Shown here: one piece after another, positions 1 through 20,027 of the stretch
Position numbering within the stretch: the stretch's first letter is position 1
How the letters are laid out: every line of letters starts with the position of its first letter
NCBI RefSeq assembly: GCF_964355755.1
Contig: NC_092680.1
Span: 496,001 to 560,000, forward strand
DNA length: 64,000 nucleotides
Source of the DNA: Antedon mediterranea
Lineage: Eukaryota; Animalia; Echinodermata
Direction of reading: 5' to 3'
Notes under the pieces: generated by a model
The model's input: the letters and a program-made list of their open reading frames with translations, nothing else
Databases searched by the model: none
What the model was told of the DNA's origin: nothing
Made by a program: the position numbers and the translations under genes

Positions 1-793
1 ATAGCATTGGCTGAAAAGTGTATGCATACAGTAGCACCAATCATAGCATTGGCTGTAAAGTGTATGCATACAGTAGCACCAATCATAGCATTGGCTGTAA
101 AGTGTATGCATACAGTAGCACCAATCATAGCATTGGCTGTAAAGTGTATGCATACAGTAGCACCAATCATAGCATTGGCTGTAAAGTGTATGCATACAGT
201 AGCACCAATCATAGCATTGGCTGTAAAGTGTATGCATACAGTAGCACCAATCATAGCATTGGCTGTAAAGTGTATGCATACAGTAGCACCAATCACAGGA
301 TTGGCTGTAAAGTGTATGCATACAGTAGCACCAATCATAGCATTGGCTGTAAAGTGTATGCATACAGTAGCACCAATCATAGCATTGGCTGAAAAGTGTA
401 TGCATACAGTAGCACCAATCATAGCATTGGCTGTAAAGTGTATGCATACAGTAGCACCAATCATAGCATTGGCTGTAAAGTGTATGCATACAGTAGCACC
501 AATCATAGCATTGGCTGTAAAGTGTATGCATACAGTAGCACCAATCATAGCATTGGCTGTAAAGTGTATGCATACAGTAGCACCAATCATAGCATTGGCT
601 GTAAAGTGTATGCATACAGTAGCACCAATCATAGCATTGGCTGTAAAGTCTATGCATACAGTAGCACCAATCATAGCATTGGCTGTAAAGTGTATGCATA
701 CAGTAGCACCAATCATAGCACTGGCTGTAAAGTGTATGCATACAGTAGCACCAATCATAGCATTGGCTGTAAAAGTCTATGCATACAGTAGCA
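1..793. repeat. 42-bp minisatellite, ~19 near-identical copies, in a DHX16 intron (continues beyond window start)
   Basis: Unit ATAGCATTGGCTGTAAAGTGTATGCATACAGTAGCACCAATC repeated head-to-tail; contains the 12-bp palindrome TGTATGCATACA; no spacers. Confidence 0.98.
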
Positions 794-827
794 CTCATCA
801 TTTGGGACACCTCAACATATCAACTTA

Positions 828-8371
<7,544 letters not shown>

Positions 8372-10227
8372 CTTGTTGACAAAGGTTGCCTAACTGCAGG
8401 CTAGAAAATATCCAAATAAATTATAAATTTATTTTGAAAACAATTACGGTATATTATGTAGTCATTCTCAAATAAAAGTGTTAAGACGTTGAAGGGTCCT
8501 CAACAACCCAACAATCCACATTGTATTGTCACTGCTACTGCTTTTAATGTAAAACATTCATTAATAGTAATTGGATTGTATTTATAATATTGAATGCAGT
8601 AATTACAGTTCAGTAATCGCCACACTAATATATTCTTCAACTCGAAATACTGAAAATCAGCCTAGGCCTAAGTGGGTCGCAGAGTCTGCTGTGTTCGCAG
8701 GCGGGTTCGTCTAGGAATGAGTGGTTGGGCGACCTGCCTGAGCGAGCCTAGCTAGCTACAAAATAGGCCTAGACACTGTATTCTATTTTAATTTTGCTTA
8801 GGCATTAACCAGAGCTTTAGTTTATTTATACAGTATTAAGTAATCATCAACATTATAATAGTATAACCATATATACCATGTAAAATGAAAACTTTTAACT
8901 TACAAAACTTTTTGTTTTGATGAGCTCCAAAACACACGTTCTCTATACGAACCTCCTGAGGGCAGTACAATATGCTATGGTACGCCAATGATGCATTTAA
9001 ATGGATAACACTAGAAACGTATCTGTGCTTAATACTGTACTGTATTTATTATCAACCTATGATATAATTTATTCACTTACAATTTTTGAATTAACATCAC
9101 AACTACATTATATTATGTCTTCAACTCTATATTATGATATTATAATCATATACAACATTTAGTATTAAAAATCCAAACAGAAAAAATGATTGTTCACAGT
9201 GACATTTAAAACATAGGCTTGGTAATAAAAAAAACAAAACTATAACAATACAAAAAAAATAAATTATTAGAATATATTTCTATAAGTGGACGGATTGTAA
9301 TACACTTTAATATTCTAAAATAAATACAATTGTTATATCCTTTTATGCTATAAATCTAGGTTGGCTCCCATTAACACACAGGGATGTAAGCGAAACGATG
9401 GGATATAAGAGCAACACAAGTGAGTTGACCAATGACAAAACAGATAATCTATTACTTGTGTTGCGCTTACATCCTAGCCTCATCATAGTAGGAACCAAAC
9501 TAAAAGACCTTTGGCATCACCTTTTCAAAGCACTAACAACACTCCTCTCATATAACCCTCACATTTAAATAAATGAAAACATTGAAGAAACTTGCGAATG
9601 TTAAAGAGCCTATTGAGTGAGTTCCATATTATCACTTGGTAAATTTAATAAAATTATAGTTGTTCCTGGAATGTAAGTCTGGGTTGTGATTTTAGCTGTA
9701 TCTAAGATTTTCTTACAGGTATCTTAAAACAAAGCATTGTTTCAACCCTGTAATTGGTGGATTGCCTTGTCCTTATGTCAACAACTACAGCCTCTAAGTT
9801 CGAAATATTTGATGCAAGGTGTTTTCAAATCACAAAATTAATTAAACATAAAAAAGGTACATAATCAAAGTAATTCAAGGTATCAAACTTGCTTTTGTGC
9901 ACATAATTGCATATAATATAAATAAATGTCTTACATAGCCTAATGGTGCATATTATGATGTTTGTACTACCATGGACCTATGTACTACTACCATATCTTT
10001 TACCAAGTTAAAAGATCATTTATTGACAAAATGATTGTTTGTGGTTATAAGTTTTGTTTTACAACTAGTCCTCTGACATTCAGACAATTACAATAAAAAC
10101 TGTTAACTGACATGGGCAATAAAATCAATTTATTTCTTCTTTTAACTCAAGACTTTCCTTCAATTACGGTATGTTTTGGACCTATAGATGCCTTCTATAA
10201 GTGCACTAAATCCCTTTTAACACAGAA

Positions 10228-10330
10228 GGCTGTGCCCATATATGGACAAGATGATGTCATATTACTACCATATTTTGAGGATATCACAATTTTGTTGTCA
10301 AACTAATTTGATAGTGTAGACAGAACTTAA
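10228..10330. mobile_element. MITE family A partial copy (MAPK15 3' region)
   Basis: Core plus right TIR TTTGATAGTGTAGACAGAACTTAA. Confidence 0.75.
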
Positions 10331-10638
10331 GATTACTTGGCTAAATAGGAGCATCTCTCTCTCTCTACCACAGCATTTGTGCCATTAAACTTCTCACCAT
10401 AAAACTAATAATATGAATCTGCTAAAGAACGAGGCACTGTCAACCATGCATGTAATTTAAGTTTTCTATATCTTCTGACACTTTACAATAGACACATGGT
10501 CAACTGGTCAACTCAGATAACAAGCATGGTTCATCAAAGGTCAAACCAAACCATCCTAAGCTTTTTCCTGGAAACACGTATACATGTACAAATACTATCA
10601 ATATATGGATAATAATCAACGGTATCTAGTAAGTCCAT

Positions 10639-13600
10639 TCACCACTTCATAGTTTTTAGTTGTCCTAACGTACTGGCTTTTACCGTTCCATACGATTGGC
10701 TGTAGCTGCCTAGTGAGGATTTCGCTGATCCTGAAGAACTTGTATTTTTCAATCCAAACTGTTTGCGTCCATATGAGACAGCAGTCCTCTGTGATTGCTG
10801 CTGTCGGCTAGCATCTTTCCCCGATAGTGGTCTTTGTTGTGGAATCTGTAAACAGTGTTCAAATATAAAATTAGATGAATTATGCTTACCACTAACATAC
10901 TGTATTCATGGTGGCACCAAACCCTATTAGTTACACAGCTCATTCAACCCTTAGGCCTTGTCTAGACTATTAAACTTTATGTGATAACAAAATGTGATGT
11001 GCCCATATATGGACATGACGATGTCATATCACTACCAAATTTGGGCATATCAATACCATATTTGGGCACATCAGTCTTTTTTTGTCAAACCTAGCTTTAC
11101 TCTTCCCATTGTCTACTTAAATTTGAAACAAGTATTAAAACCTACAACTTTAGATGTTGTTACTCCTAGGCCCCCAGCATTGCTTGTCACTCCCCTGTCG
11201 GTATCTCTCGTGATTGTTGCATTTTTCATACCGGCTGAGAAGGAACGAGTTCTTTGGTGGCCGACTGGTTTTCTTGTGGTCCTGTGGCTGTTCTCATTTC
11301 CATACCCGTTTAACTAGAATAAAAAAAAAAGGATAATGTATACATTTAACAACTGAACTTTAATACTTTAATACTACAATAAGCCCACATGAAGAGGAAG
11401 TTATAGAAATATGAACTTGATAATATTAATTTTAATTTTACTACAATAAGCCCAGATGATAAGCTCAATAATTCTAATTTTCTTGAGAAGCATTTCATTA
11501 TTGTGTAACTTCATTTTCTTCTAGTTTCAATAATCAATTATTAATGGATAATATTAAGCATTTAGATTGAGACCAAAATGAATAGATTGGATAACAATTC
11601 AACAATCAATGGACAGAAATAAGTAAAAAAATAATAATTTTTTTATTTCGAATCCATTAATCATATATATCATACATAAAAATAAAAAACAAAGAAGAAA
11701 CATTTGATGATGATGATTTGATGATTGGGACAACCCAAATAATCATTAAAAAAAAAAGAATTAGTTTCCATTGAACTTACTGTACTTTCGTTAGGTTGAT
11801 GCCTAGTTGAATAATCTGTTGTTTTAGATGACCTGTGGGCATTGCCTGCTGAAGATGCATACTGATTACGATTTGTACGAGCTGTAACAATAAATAATTT
11901 AACTTTATTAAAATATTAGAAAATGATATTTCAATAACATTATTGAATACAATTTCACAAAATAAACAGCAGTAGAGTAATGTTAAGATCAAGTAGAGGA
12001 TAGCAGTGACAATCATTAGATAAATAAAGGCTTGTTTCCATAAAATTCAAAAGAACTGCATTGAAAAGAAGGTCAACAATGTTCCTTAATTGTTTTATCA
12101 CAAAGGGTACTAGCCACACACAGTCGACCGTCTGATACAAAACTTGATACTAAATACACAGTTGGCCATGTCAATAGTCAAGTCAAGAGACCGAGTATAT
12201 ATTATGGAAACCTGCCATTGCAAATAAGAAAAAAACAAGTAAAAAATAAGAACCCCTTGGAAAGTGGAAGACAATAAGTATTAAATAAATGCCAATATAC
12301 ACAGACGAGTGGTAACGGTAATGAAAATATAGAATCTATGTTATTCCATATCAAAACTTACACAGGTTAGATACAGATTCTACGTTGGACAAGCTACACG
12401 GTTTCCCGCTTACCGTTACCGCTCGTCTGTGTAAATTGGCCTTAAGACAGCAGCAAAAAGTGTTAATGTAAGCATGAAAATGTAGATATAATGCAATCAA
12501 GTTTTTGGGATAATCACCTGGCAAGAGTGTGGAAGAACCATAAGGATGTTTGGAGTTGGAGAGAGGATAACGCACCGTGTTGGCTGATAACGGTGGTCGA
12601 TGCAATCTACGTGCTAAACACAAGACAAAGCAAAATCACAGCTAGTTCAAAACAAAGTTAAAGCTCTGTCTACACTATCAAACTTTATGTGACAAAAAAA
12701 TGTGATGTGTCCATATATGGACATGATGATGTCTGCCATATCACTACTATATTTGAGCATATAGTTACTATACCATATTTGGGCACATCACACTAGTGTG
12801 ATGGTGTAGACAGAACTTAAAATATACAAATAAGGTTAAAATATGTAAAATCACAGTTACAACAAAATCAGTATTGTAAATATCACATCAAGGATGTGAA
12901 CAGAAAATATAAGAGTGACCTTTCATTTTCACAACACGACATGCGCTATATAGCTGTAGAGTAAAAAAGTCATTCTGCTAAAAATATGAGCATGCGCAGA
13001 ACTTGATTGCGTAGCATATGCTGTAAAAACGAAATGTCGCTAGTCACTGCAATAAGAATACTATACTAAACGTATAAAATCTGGGTTAAAACGTTCAATC
13101 ACGGAAAAGAATATTTCAAATAAGGTGACAAAAAAGGTCATTTAAACACTATTGAAAAGTTAATATTCATTTCACACAACACAAACAATTAACCAAAATC
13201 CTGTCAAACCTAGTAAAATGTTCCATCGTTTTTGTAAACTTAAAGCACATTGGGATATTGTACATAAATAACAACATGTTATGTGTTTTCCTGAAGTTGA
13301 AATATTTGCTAGTATTAATCATGTAAAAACTCACCTGAATACTGGGTATATGATGAAGGTACTGCACCAGCAGCATTAACCGTGGCAGACTTTGGCCTAC
13401 CAGATATTCCTTGATGCGATGTCACAGAATCAGAGCTGTAAGGTTCGGTTGGAGAGATTTCTTTGGTTACAGGTTCGTTCTTAATTTCTCTCCGTATCCT
13501 CCTACTCTGTGCCTTTTTCTCTCGCATCATCTATGGTTTTTACAGAGACAGAATGTGAAAATGTAATTCTCTTGTAGCATGTAACTGTGTGTTGATATAT

Positions 13601-16600
13601 GGAATTTAGGATGTATTGTATTTGTTAAGTATTTATTAACATTTCTACCCAATTATCAGTACTATATTTATAGTTTGTTCTATCTACACTATCAAACTAG
13701 TTTGACAAAAAAAAAGTGTGATGTGCCCAAATATGGTGGTGATATGCCTAAATATGTCACATAAAGAACTTTAGTTTAACTCAGTATACACATTAAGAAA
13801 CAAACCTCATAAAGTTTTTCTCTGTACTCGTTAACTGATAATTGTACATCATCATCTAATGGAGGGATGACATCATAGTCTAAGGATGTTTCCTCTTCTG
13901 GATTGTGAAACCTGAAAAGTGGAGAGAACAACAATGTGAAATAGAAAAATCCATATAACGTTTTTATGAATCTTTGTATTACCACAATAAAATTAATTTC
14001 CCCGTAGAGATTGGGATAATAAAGTTTTATAGAAATGAATTAAAAATGGTAATAATGTTCTATTGTTAAAAAATCTATTTTTGATAAGCCTTTATCACCA
14101 TTATCAAGTATTTTACTGAGTACATACTTGTGCGACTTGAGAATATACATACATACCTAGCAACATAAGGGTGTTCTAGAGCCTGCTCTGCAGTTAGTCT
14201 CTTGTCTGGGTTGAAGAGAAGAAGCTTAGATAGAAGGTCTAAAGCATCTGCTGGTGCCTCTGGTAAAACATCTTCAAATCTCAATTTATGTCTACAAAAA
14301 ATATGGTTAAATGTTATGCAAATAATAAATGTGTATTAGTAGACAAACAAGTACCACAGCATGGACAAGATTAGTGAAAGACAGGAACAACTGGCACCAG
14401 TTGGTAGAGGTATTTGCCCGGCATTGGGACGATATGGGCTGAAGAAAGAAGTAGAGTAGTATAGTAAAATGAATAAAAAATTGTAATGAGTTGAAGGAAC
14501 AGTACATCTTTGACAGACCTACTGTATTGTGGATGTTAAAGGCAAGTCATAAAAAAAGTATGGCTCTCGGGATATATACATTATACCTGGTGCACAGTGA
14601 GTGGCGCAACACACAGGGTTAAGCACTCCTAAGGGGCCCTCCAAAGCTGGGTAGTTGTGAGTGGCGCAACACACAGGGTTAAGCACTCCTAAGGGGCCAT
14701 CCAAAGCTGGGTAGTTGTGAGTGGCGCAACACACAGGGTTAAGCACTCCTAAGGGGCCCTCCAAAGCTGGGTAGTTGTGAGTGGCGCAACACACAGGGTT
14801 AAGCACTCCTAAGGGGCCATCCAAAGCTGGGTAGTTGTGAGTGGCGCAACACACAGGGTTAAGCACTCCTAAGGGGCCCTCCAAAGCTGGGTAGTTGTGA
14901 GTGGCGCAACACACAAGGTTAAGCACTCCTAAGGGGCCCTCCAAAGCTGGGTAGTTGTGAGTGGCGCAACACACAGGGTTAAGCACTCCTAAGGGGCCAT
15001 CCAAAGCTGGGTAGTTGTGAGTGGCGCAACACACAGGGTTAAGCACTCCTAAGGGGCCCTCCAAAGCTGGGTAGTTGTGAGTGGCGCAACACACAGGGTT
15101 AAGCACTCCTAAGGGGCCATCCAAAGCTGGGTAGTTGTGAGTGGCGCAACACACAGGGTTAAGCACTCCTAAGGGGCCCTCCAAAGCTGGGTAGTTGTGA
15201 GTGGCGCAACACACAAGGTTAAGCACTCCTAAGGGGCCCTCCAAAGCTGGGTAGTTGTGAGTGGCGCAACACACAGGGTTAAGCACTCCTAAGGGGCCCT
15301 CCAAAGCTGGGTAGTTGTGAGTGGCGCAACACACAGGGTTAAGCACTCCTAAGGGGCCATCCAAAGCTGGGTAGTTGTGAGTGGCGCAACACACAGGGTT
15401 AAGCACTCCTAAGGGGCCCTCCAAAGCTGGGTAGTTGTGAGTGGCGCAACACACAGGGTTAAGCACTCCTAAGGGGCCCTCCAAAGCTGGGTAGTTGTGA
15501 GTGGCGCAACACACAGGGTTAAGCACTCCTAAGGGGCCCTCCAAAGCTGGGTAGTTGTGAGTGGCGCAACACACAGGGTTAAGCACTCCTAAGGGGCCCT
15601 CCAAAGCTGGGTAGTTGTGAGTGGCGCAACACACAGGGTTAAGCACTCCTAAGGGGCCCCCCAAAGCTGGGTAGTTGTGAGTGGCGCAACACACAGGGTT
15701 AAGCACTCCTAAGGGGCCCTCCAAAGCTGGGTAGTTGTGAGTGGCGCAACACACAGGGTTAAGCACTCCTAAGGGGCCCTCCAAAGCTGGGTAGTTGTGA
15801 GTGGCGCAACACACAGGGTTAAGCACTCCTAAGGGGCCCCCCAAAGCTGGGTAGTTGTGAGTGGCGCAACACACAGGGTTAAGCACTCCTAAGGGGCCCT
15901 CCAAAGCTGGGTAGTTGTGAGTGGCGCAACACACAGGGTTAAGCACTCCTAAGGGGCCCTCCAAAGCTGGGTAGTTGTGAGTGGCGCAACACACAGGGTT
16001 AAGCACTCCTAAGGGGCCATCCAAAGCTGGGTAGTTGTGAGTGGCGCAACACACAGGGTTAAGCACTCCTAAGGGGCCCTCCAAAGCTGGGTAGTTGTGA
16101 GTGGCGCAACACACAGGGTTAAGCACTCCTAAGGGGCCCTCCAAAGCTGGGTAGTTGTGAGTGGCGCAACACACAGGGTTAAGCACTCCTAAGGGGCCCT
16201 CCAAAGCTGGGTAGTTGTGAGTGGCGCAACACACAGGGTTAAGCACTCCTAAGGGGCCCTCCAAAGCTGGGTAGTTGTGAGTGGCGCAACACACAGGGTT
16301 AAGCACTCCTAAGGGGCCCTCCAAAGCTGGGTAGTTGTGAGTGGCGCAACACACAGGGTTAAGCACTCCTAAGGGGCCATCCAAAGCTGGGTAGTTGTGA
16401 GTGGCGCAACACACAGGGTTAAGCACTCCTAAGGGGCCCTCCAAAGCTGGGTAGTTGTGAGTGGCGCAACACACAGGGTTAAGCACTCCTAAGGGGCCCT
16501 CCAAAGCTGGGTAGTTGTGAGTGGCGCAACACACAGGGTTAAGCACTCCTAAGGGGCCATCCAAAGCTGGGTAGTTGTGAGTGGCGCAACACACAGGGTT

Positions 16601-19600
16601 AAGCACTCCTAAGGGGCCCTCCAAAGCTGGGTAGTTGCATTGGGGCTGTTCATGTTCTGGGGCTCCTGGTTAGCCATTATACCACTGTGCACACTACAGG
16701 TTGAATTTCAATGATTTGACCTGGCACCTTACCTTACACAAGCTTTGTCTAATACTGTTGCTCCATAGTTTGACTGAATTGAATCAACATCTTGCTTTGT
16801 TGGTCTTTCTATTAAACTCATGATTCTTTCTATTTGATTAAATGTAGATGTACCAGGAAAAAGGGGCTTTCCCTTTAATAGTTCAGCAAGAATACAGCCT
16901 ACACTCCACATGTCCACTCCTTTAGTATATCTACAAAATACAAACAATAGTAATACTGTATCAACTACTTCACTTCTTATACTCGATTCAGTTGGAAATT
17001 TGTTTTTAGGCTTAGCTATAAAATCAAAGTAGAGTTTCACAGTTGTCAGACCATAGCTCTGGTGGTAGAAAAAGTCGGATAAGTACTGGTGGTCTAGTGT
17101 ACACATCTGGCTTGTGTACACTTGAGAGACCCCAGTGCATCTTTTAGAAAAGTAGTGGGTTACCCTGGTATACTGGCCCCTGAATTGACTAATACTGTAC
17201 CTTTTTGAAGCCAGAAGAATTTCTGGAGCACGATACCATCTAGTTGCTACATATTCAGTAAGGGCTGGGTTGGCTTGATCAAAATCATCATCTAATTGAG
17301 TTATTGAGCGGGCTAGACCAAAATCAGCTAGTTTTAAAAAACACTCTGAATCCAGTAGTATATTTGACGGCTGCAAAAAAAATTTTTACTGATTATAAAT
17401 GATGCAATCTTTATCATTGTAGAAAAAACTCACAAACCTTGCTAATCAATTTTTTGTTTAAAATCTCGAATCACGATTTAATCCACACCATTTAAAGAGT
17501 GCATGGCCTCTTCAACAAATCTGGATTGTCTAAACACATACATAGGATGTAAATCCCATTTTGTGGATTTTGAGGGCTTACCCTGGTACCATACAAATGA
17601 CTAGCACTTTTTGTTTATGTGTTTTTTCTACCTTTATGATATCAAAATCAATCAAATCAAGTATATTACCTTCTTATCTCTGTGTATAACATTTCCAGAG
17701 TGCAAGTATTTTGTTGCCTTTAAAAGTTGGTACATAATGTACCTTTTGTGTACATCCTTTAGAATTCCACCTTTCTTTATCACTGCATGTAAGTCAGTAT
17801 CTAAAAACAAAAGATTTTAGATATGAAAAATTAAAATGTTAATAATTACTGCATGGTTTTCTTCATTTCATTATAGTATATTAGCAATAACTATTAATTA
17901 ATTAAAATTTGATAAACCAGTACCCCATGAAAAATGTGTTTAAACATAGGATAACCTCTCTGATATATTTTAAGGGAGTGGGGCGGGGGGTATCATTCCC
18001 ATCTTCATATACAAAAGAGGATACCATATAATCAGAATTTGTTTAGGGAATTTGTAATTGAATGAATTAGCTGGCTCTCGAAAGGAGAATGCTTTTCTTT
18101 TTTTCATCTCCTCAGAGATGCAAGCATTGTTATGAATAAAATTTATTTTATAAACTTGCAATGCCAAACTCTATTAACATATTGTACTTATACTTACCCA
18201 TAAATTCAAATACTAGGTAAATATCTTTGTCATTCTCTGCTCTCATAACATTCAATAACTTCACAATATTTTCATGTCCACTAAATTCCTAGTTAAAAAG
18301 ATTTCCATAAGTCTTAATCTTAATATCATTGTATGACAGCCTGTCTGTTTCTAGTGAGTCAGATATTGTTGACTGTATAATTAGTAACCATACAGTATGC
18401 TAACCTCTGTCTACACTATAAAACCATATATGGACATGATGATGTCATATCACTACCATATTTGGGAACATCACACTTTTTTTGTCAAACTAGTTTGATA
18501 GTGTAGACAGAGCTTTAGACGATTGTAAACAATGTGAGATAGAAAAGTTTAATTTGTAGCAGTACAGAAAAAAAAACTTAAATAAATATATAATAATATA
18601 AGAAAAATTACATACCTGAAGAAACATTATTTCTCTGAAAGTTCGCTGAAAAAGTTCATTAAAAAAATTATAAAAACCACTAAAAAAACATGTTTCTGTA
18701 CATTACAGTTTAAAAAAAAATTAATGACAATGAAATGAATATTTTCTTATGAAAATTTCTTATATTTTTCAAATGAGGTTCATTTTAAAATTAGATATGC
18801 ACACATACAGTACATACTTTGTTATACATGACTGATCAAACAGGGCTTTAAAACTGGTAATTGATTTACGACATTTATACCGGAAGGGAAAATTCAATTT
18901 TGCATGCATTTGGGGCTTTGATTCTATTGTATTGTAGTTCCCGATAACTAGTATTCTTACAATAACATACCTGAGCGTCAGTCTGATTTCTAAAGGCATC
19001 AAATATTTTCTTTAAGGCAACAACTTCTCCCGTTTTCCTATCTATCGCTTTCCATACAATTCCATATGCCTTGACAAATATAATTAAGATTTAATATCAA
19101 AATCAAAATACACAATTTCTTTATTACTCGATGGCATTTATTTTATTGCTTTGAATTATTTGTTTGGTGAGTGAATTGCAAGTTATAAATTTAAGCTTTA
19201 TAAACAGCTCAGCTGAAATAACTGGCAGCCATCAATATGATCAGACACCACAGAAAATTTAATATTAATTTTATAGGAATTATTGATAAATATTGTCTGC
19301 ACTATCTAGGCCTATGCCTAGCCTAGGTAGGCCTACATCAATTCTTTCTATTATAAATTGAGTCAATAAAACCAATTTTAAAAACTATTAGGCCTAGTAG
19401 GTAGGCTAGGCCTGGCTTTCTATATAGGTCTAGTAGTAGAGGGAGGGGCCTAGTGTGACAGGGACAGGGCCTACTAGGCCTAGGCCTAGTTAGTAGAGGC
19501 TAGGCCTACTAGCCTTAAAAATATATTTTAAAAGAACAATGTAAAAGATAAAGACCCGAACATATAACTTACTCCTTTTCCTAGTCTTTTTTTAATTTCA

Positions 19601-19638
19601 TATTTTTTCATCACATGGTCTTCAATATCTGAACTCAT
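10639..19638 (-). CDS. MAPK15: Mitogen-activated protein kinase 15 (ERK7/ERK8), multi-exon, complete
   Basis: Exons (minus): 19638-19573, 19069-18971, 18645-18616, 18288-18198, 17800-17670, 17370-17201, 16930-16733, 14291-14157, 13911-13806, 13530-13335, [optional 12613-12518], 11881-11781, 11313-11146, 10845-10639 (TGA). Motifs: [61 protein letters not shown]. The C-terminal [10 protein letters not shown] is typical of MAPK15. Confidence 0.94.
10952..11095. mobile_element. MITE family A copy
   Basis: Degenerate left TIR and full internal core. Confidence 0.75.
12291..12443. mobile_element. MITE family C, uninterrupted copy (TIR GCCAATWTACACAGACGAGYGGTAACGGTAA)
   Basis: ~30-bp terminal inverted repeats; homologous in opposite orientation to 40900-41412. 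Confidence 0.8.
12518..12613 (-). CDS. MAPK15: Candidate 96-nt phase1-phase1 cassette exon of MAPK15 ([33 protein letters not shown])
   Basis: TTTGTCTTGTGTTTAG acceptor, CAG|GTGATT donor, open in the frame required by the flanking phase-1 introns. Confidence 0.6.
12659..12820. mobile_element. MITE family A, near full-length copy
   Basis: TA-AAGCTCTGTCTACACTATCA ... TGATGGTGTAGACAGAACTT-AA; both TIRs present. Confidence 0.85.
13672..13773. mobile_element. MITE family A, internally deleted copy
   Basis: TCTACACTATCAAACTAGTTTGACAAAAAAAAAGTGTGATGTGCCCAAATATGG. Confidence 0.75.
14597..16637. repeat. 60-bp minisatellite, 34 copies, in a MAPK15 intron
   Basis: Unit GTGAGTGGCGCAACACACAGGGTTAAGCACTCCTAAGGGGCCCTCCAAAGCTGGGTAGTT with only three recurrent single-base variants. 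Confidence 0.99.
18401..18516. mobile_element. MITE family A copy with both TIRs
   Basis: TAACCTCTGTCTACACTAT ... GTTTGATAGTGTAGACAGAGCTTTA. Confidence 0.85.
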
Positions 19639-19958
19639 CGTAATTGTTTTCTATACAAAATAAAAGTAAAATAGTTGCTCAGGCCAGGCCTCACAATAGC
19701 AGAAATCTTCTGCCTGCGCTGTCCACTTTTTGCCGCCGTGGAATTTGTTTTTGTCAACATCAACATTTACGCGCGGAGCAGAAAGTAAACCCTTCATTTT
19801 TCATTGATAGGATATTTTATTATACAAAATAATACATTTTTCAAAACACAACATTATAGTATGTGAATTATAATACTATTCTTTAAATATTAAGTATCAA
19901 TTCATAATTTAAGTGAATTAAATTAGAAGACGCGGATTGATATTATTTTATTGATGAT

Positions 19959-20027
19959 CGCCGCCATCTTGTTTTTCACGGTCCACTGTTTTTCTTCATT
20001 TCGTTGTTTACACGATGCCATAGCAAC
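19959..20027. promoter_or_regulatory. MAPK15 upstream motif cluster: YY1-like, Forkhead and RFX X-box
   Basis: CGCCGCCATCTT (19959-19970), TGTTTAC (20005-20011), GATGCCATAGCAAC (20014-20027); motif matches only. Confidence 0.55.

Noticed and set aside
14519-16624. 701-aa ORF of 20-aa repeats ([20 protein letters not shown])
   Set aside because: Translation of a 60-bp intronic minisatellite. It has no ATG start or splice context, the units are nearly identical at synonymous sites, and MAPK15 splices cleanly across it.
16731-16737. Tandem donors GTAAG-GTAAG in MAPK15
   Set aside because: Only the second keeps frame with the next exon; such overlaps are common by chance.
16729-17376. 215-aa ORF suggesting an insertion in the MAPK15 kinase domain
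   Set aside because: Read-through of a 270-nt stop-free intron (17200-16931) with canonical GT-AG ends; removing it restores the normal kinase sequence. Intron retention is not excluded but is unsupported.
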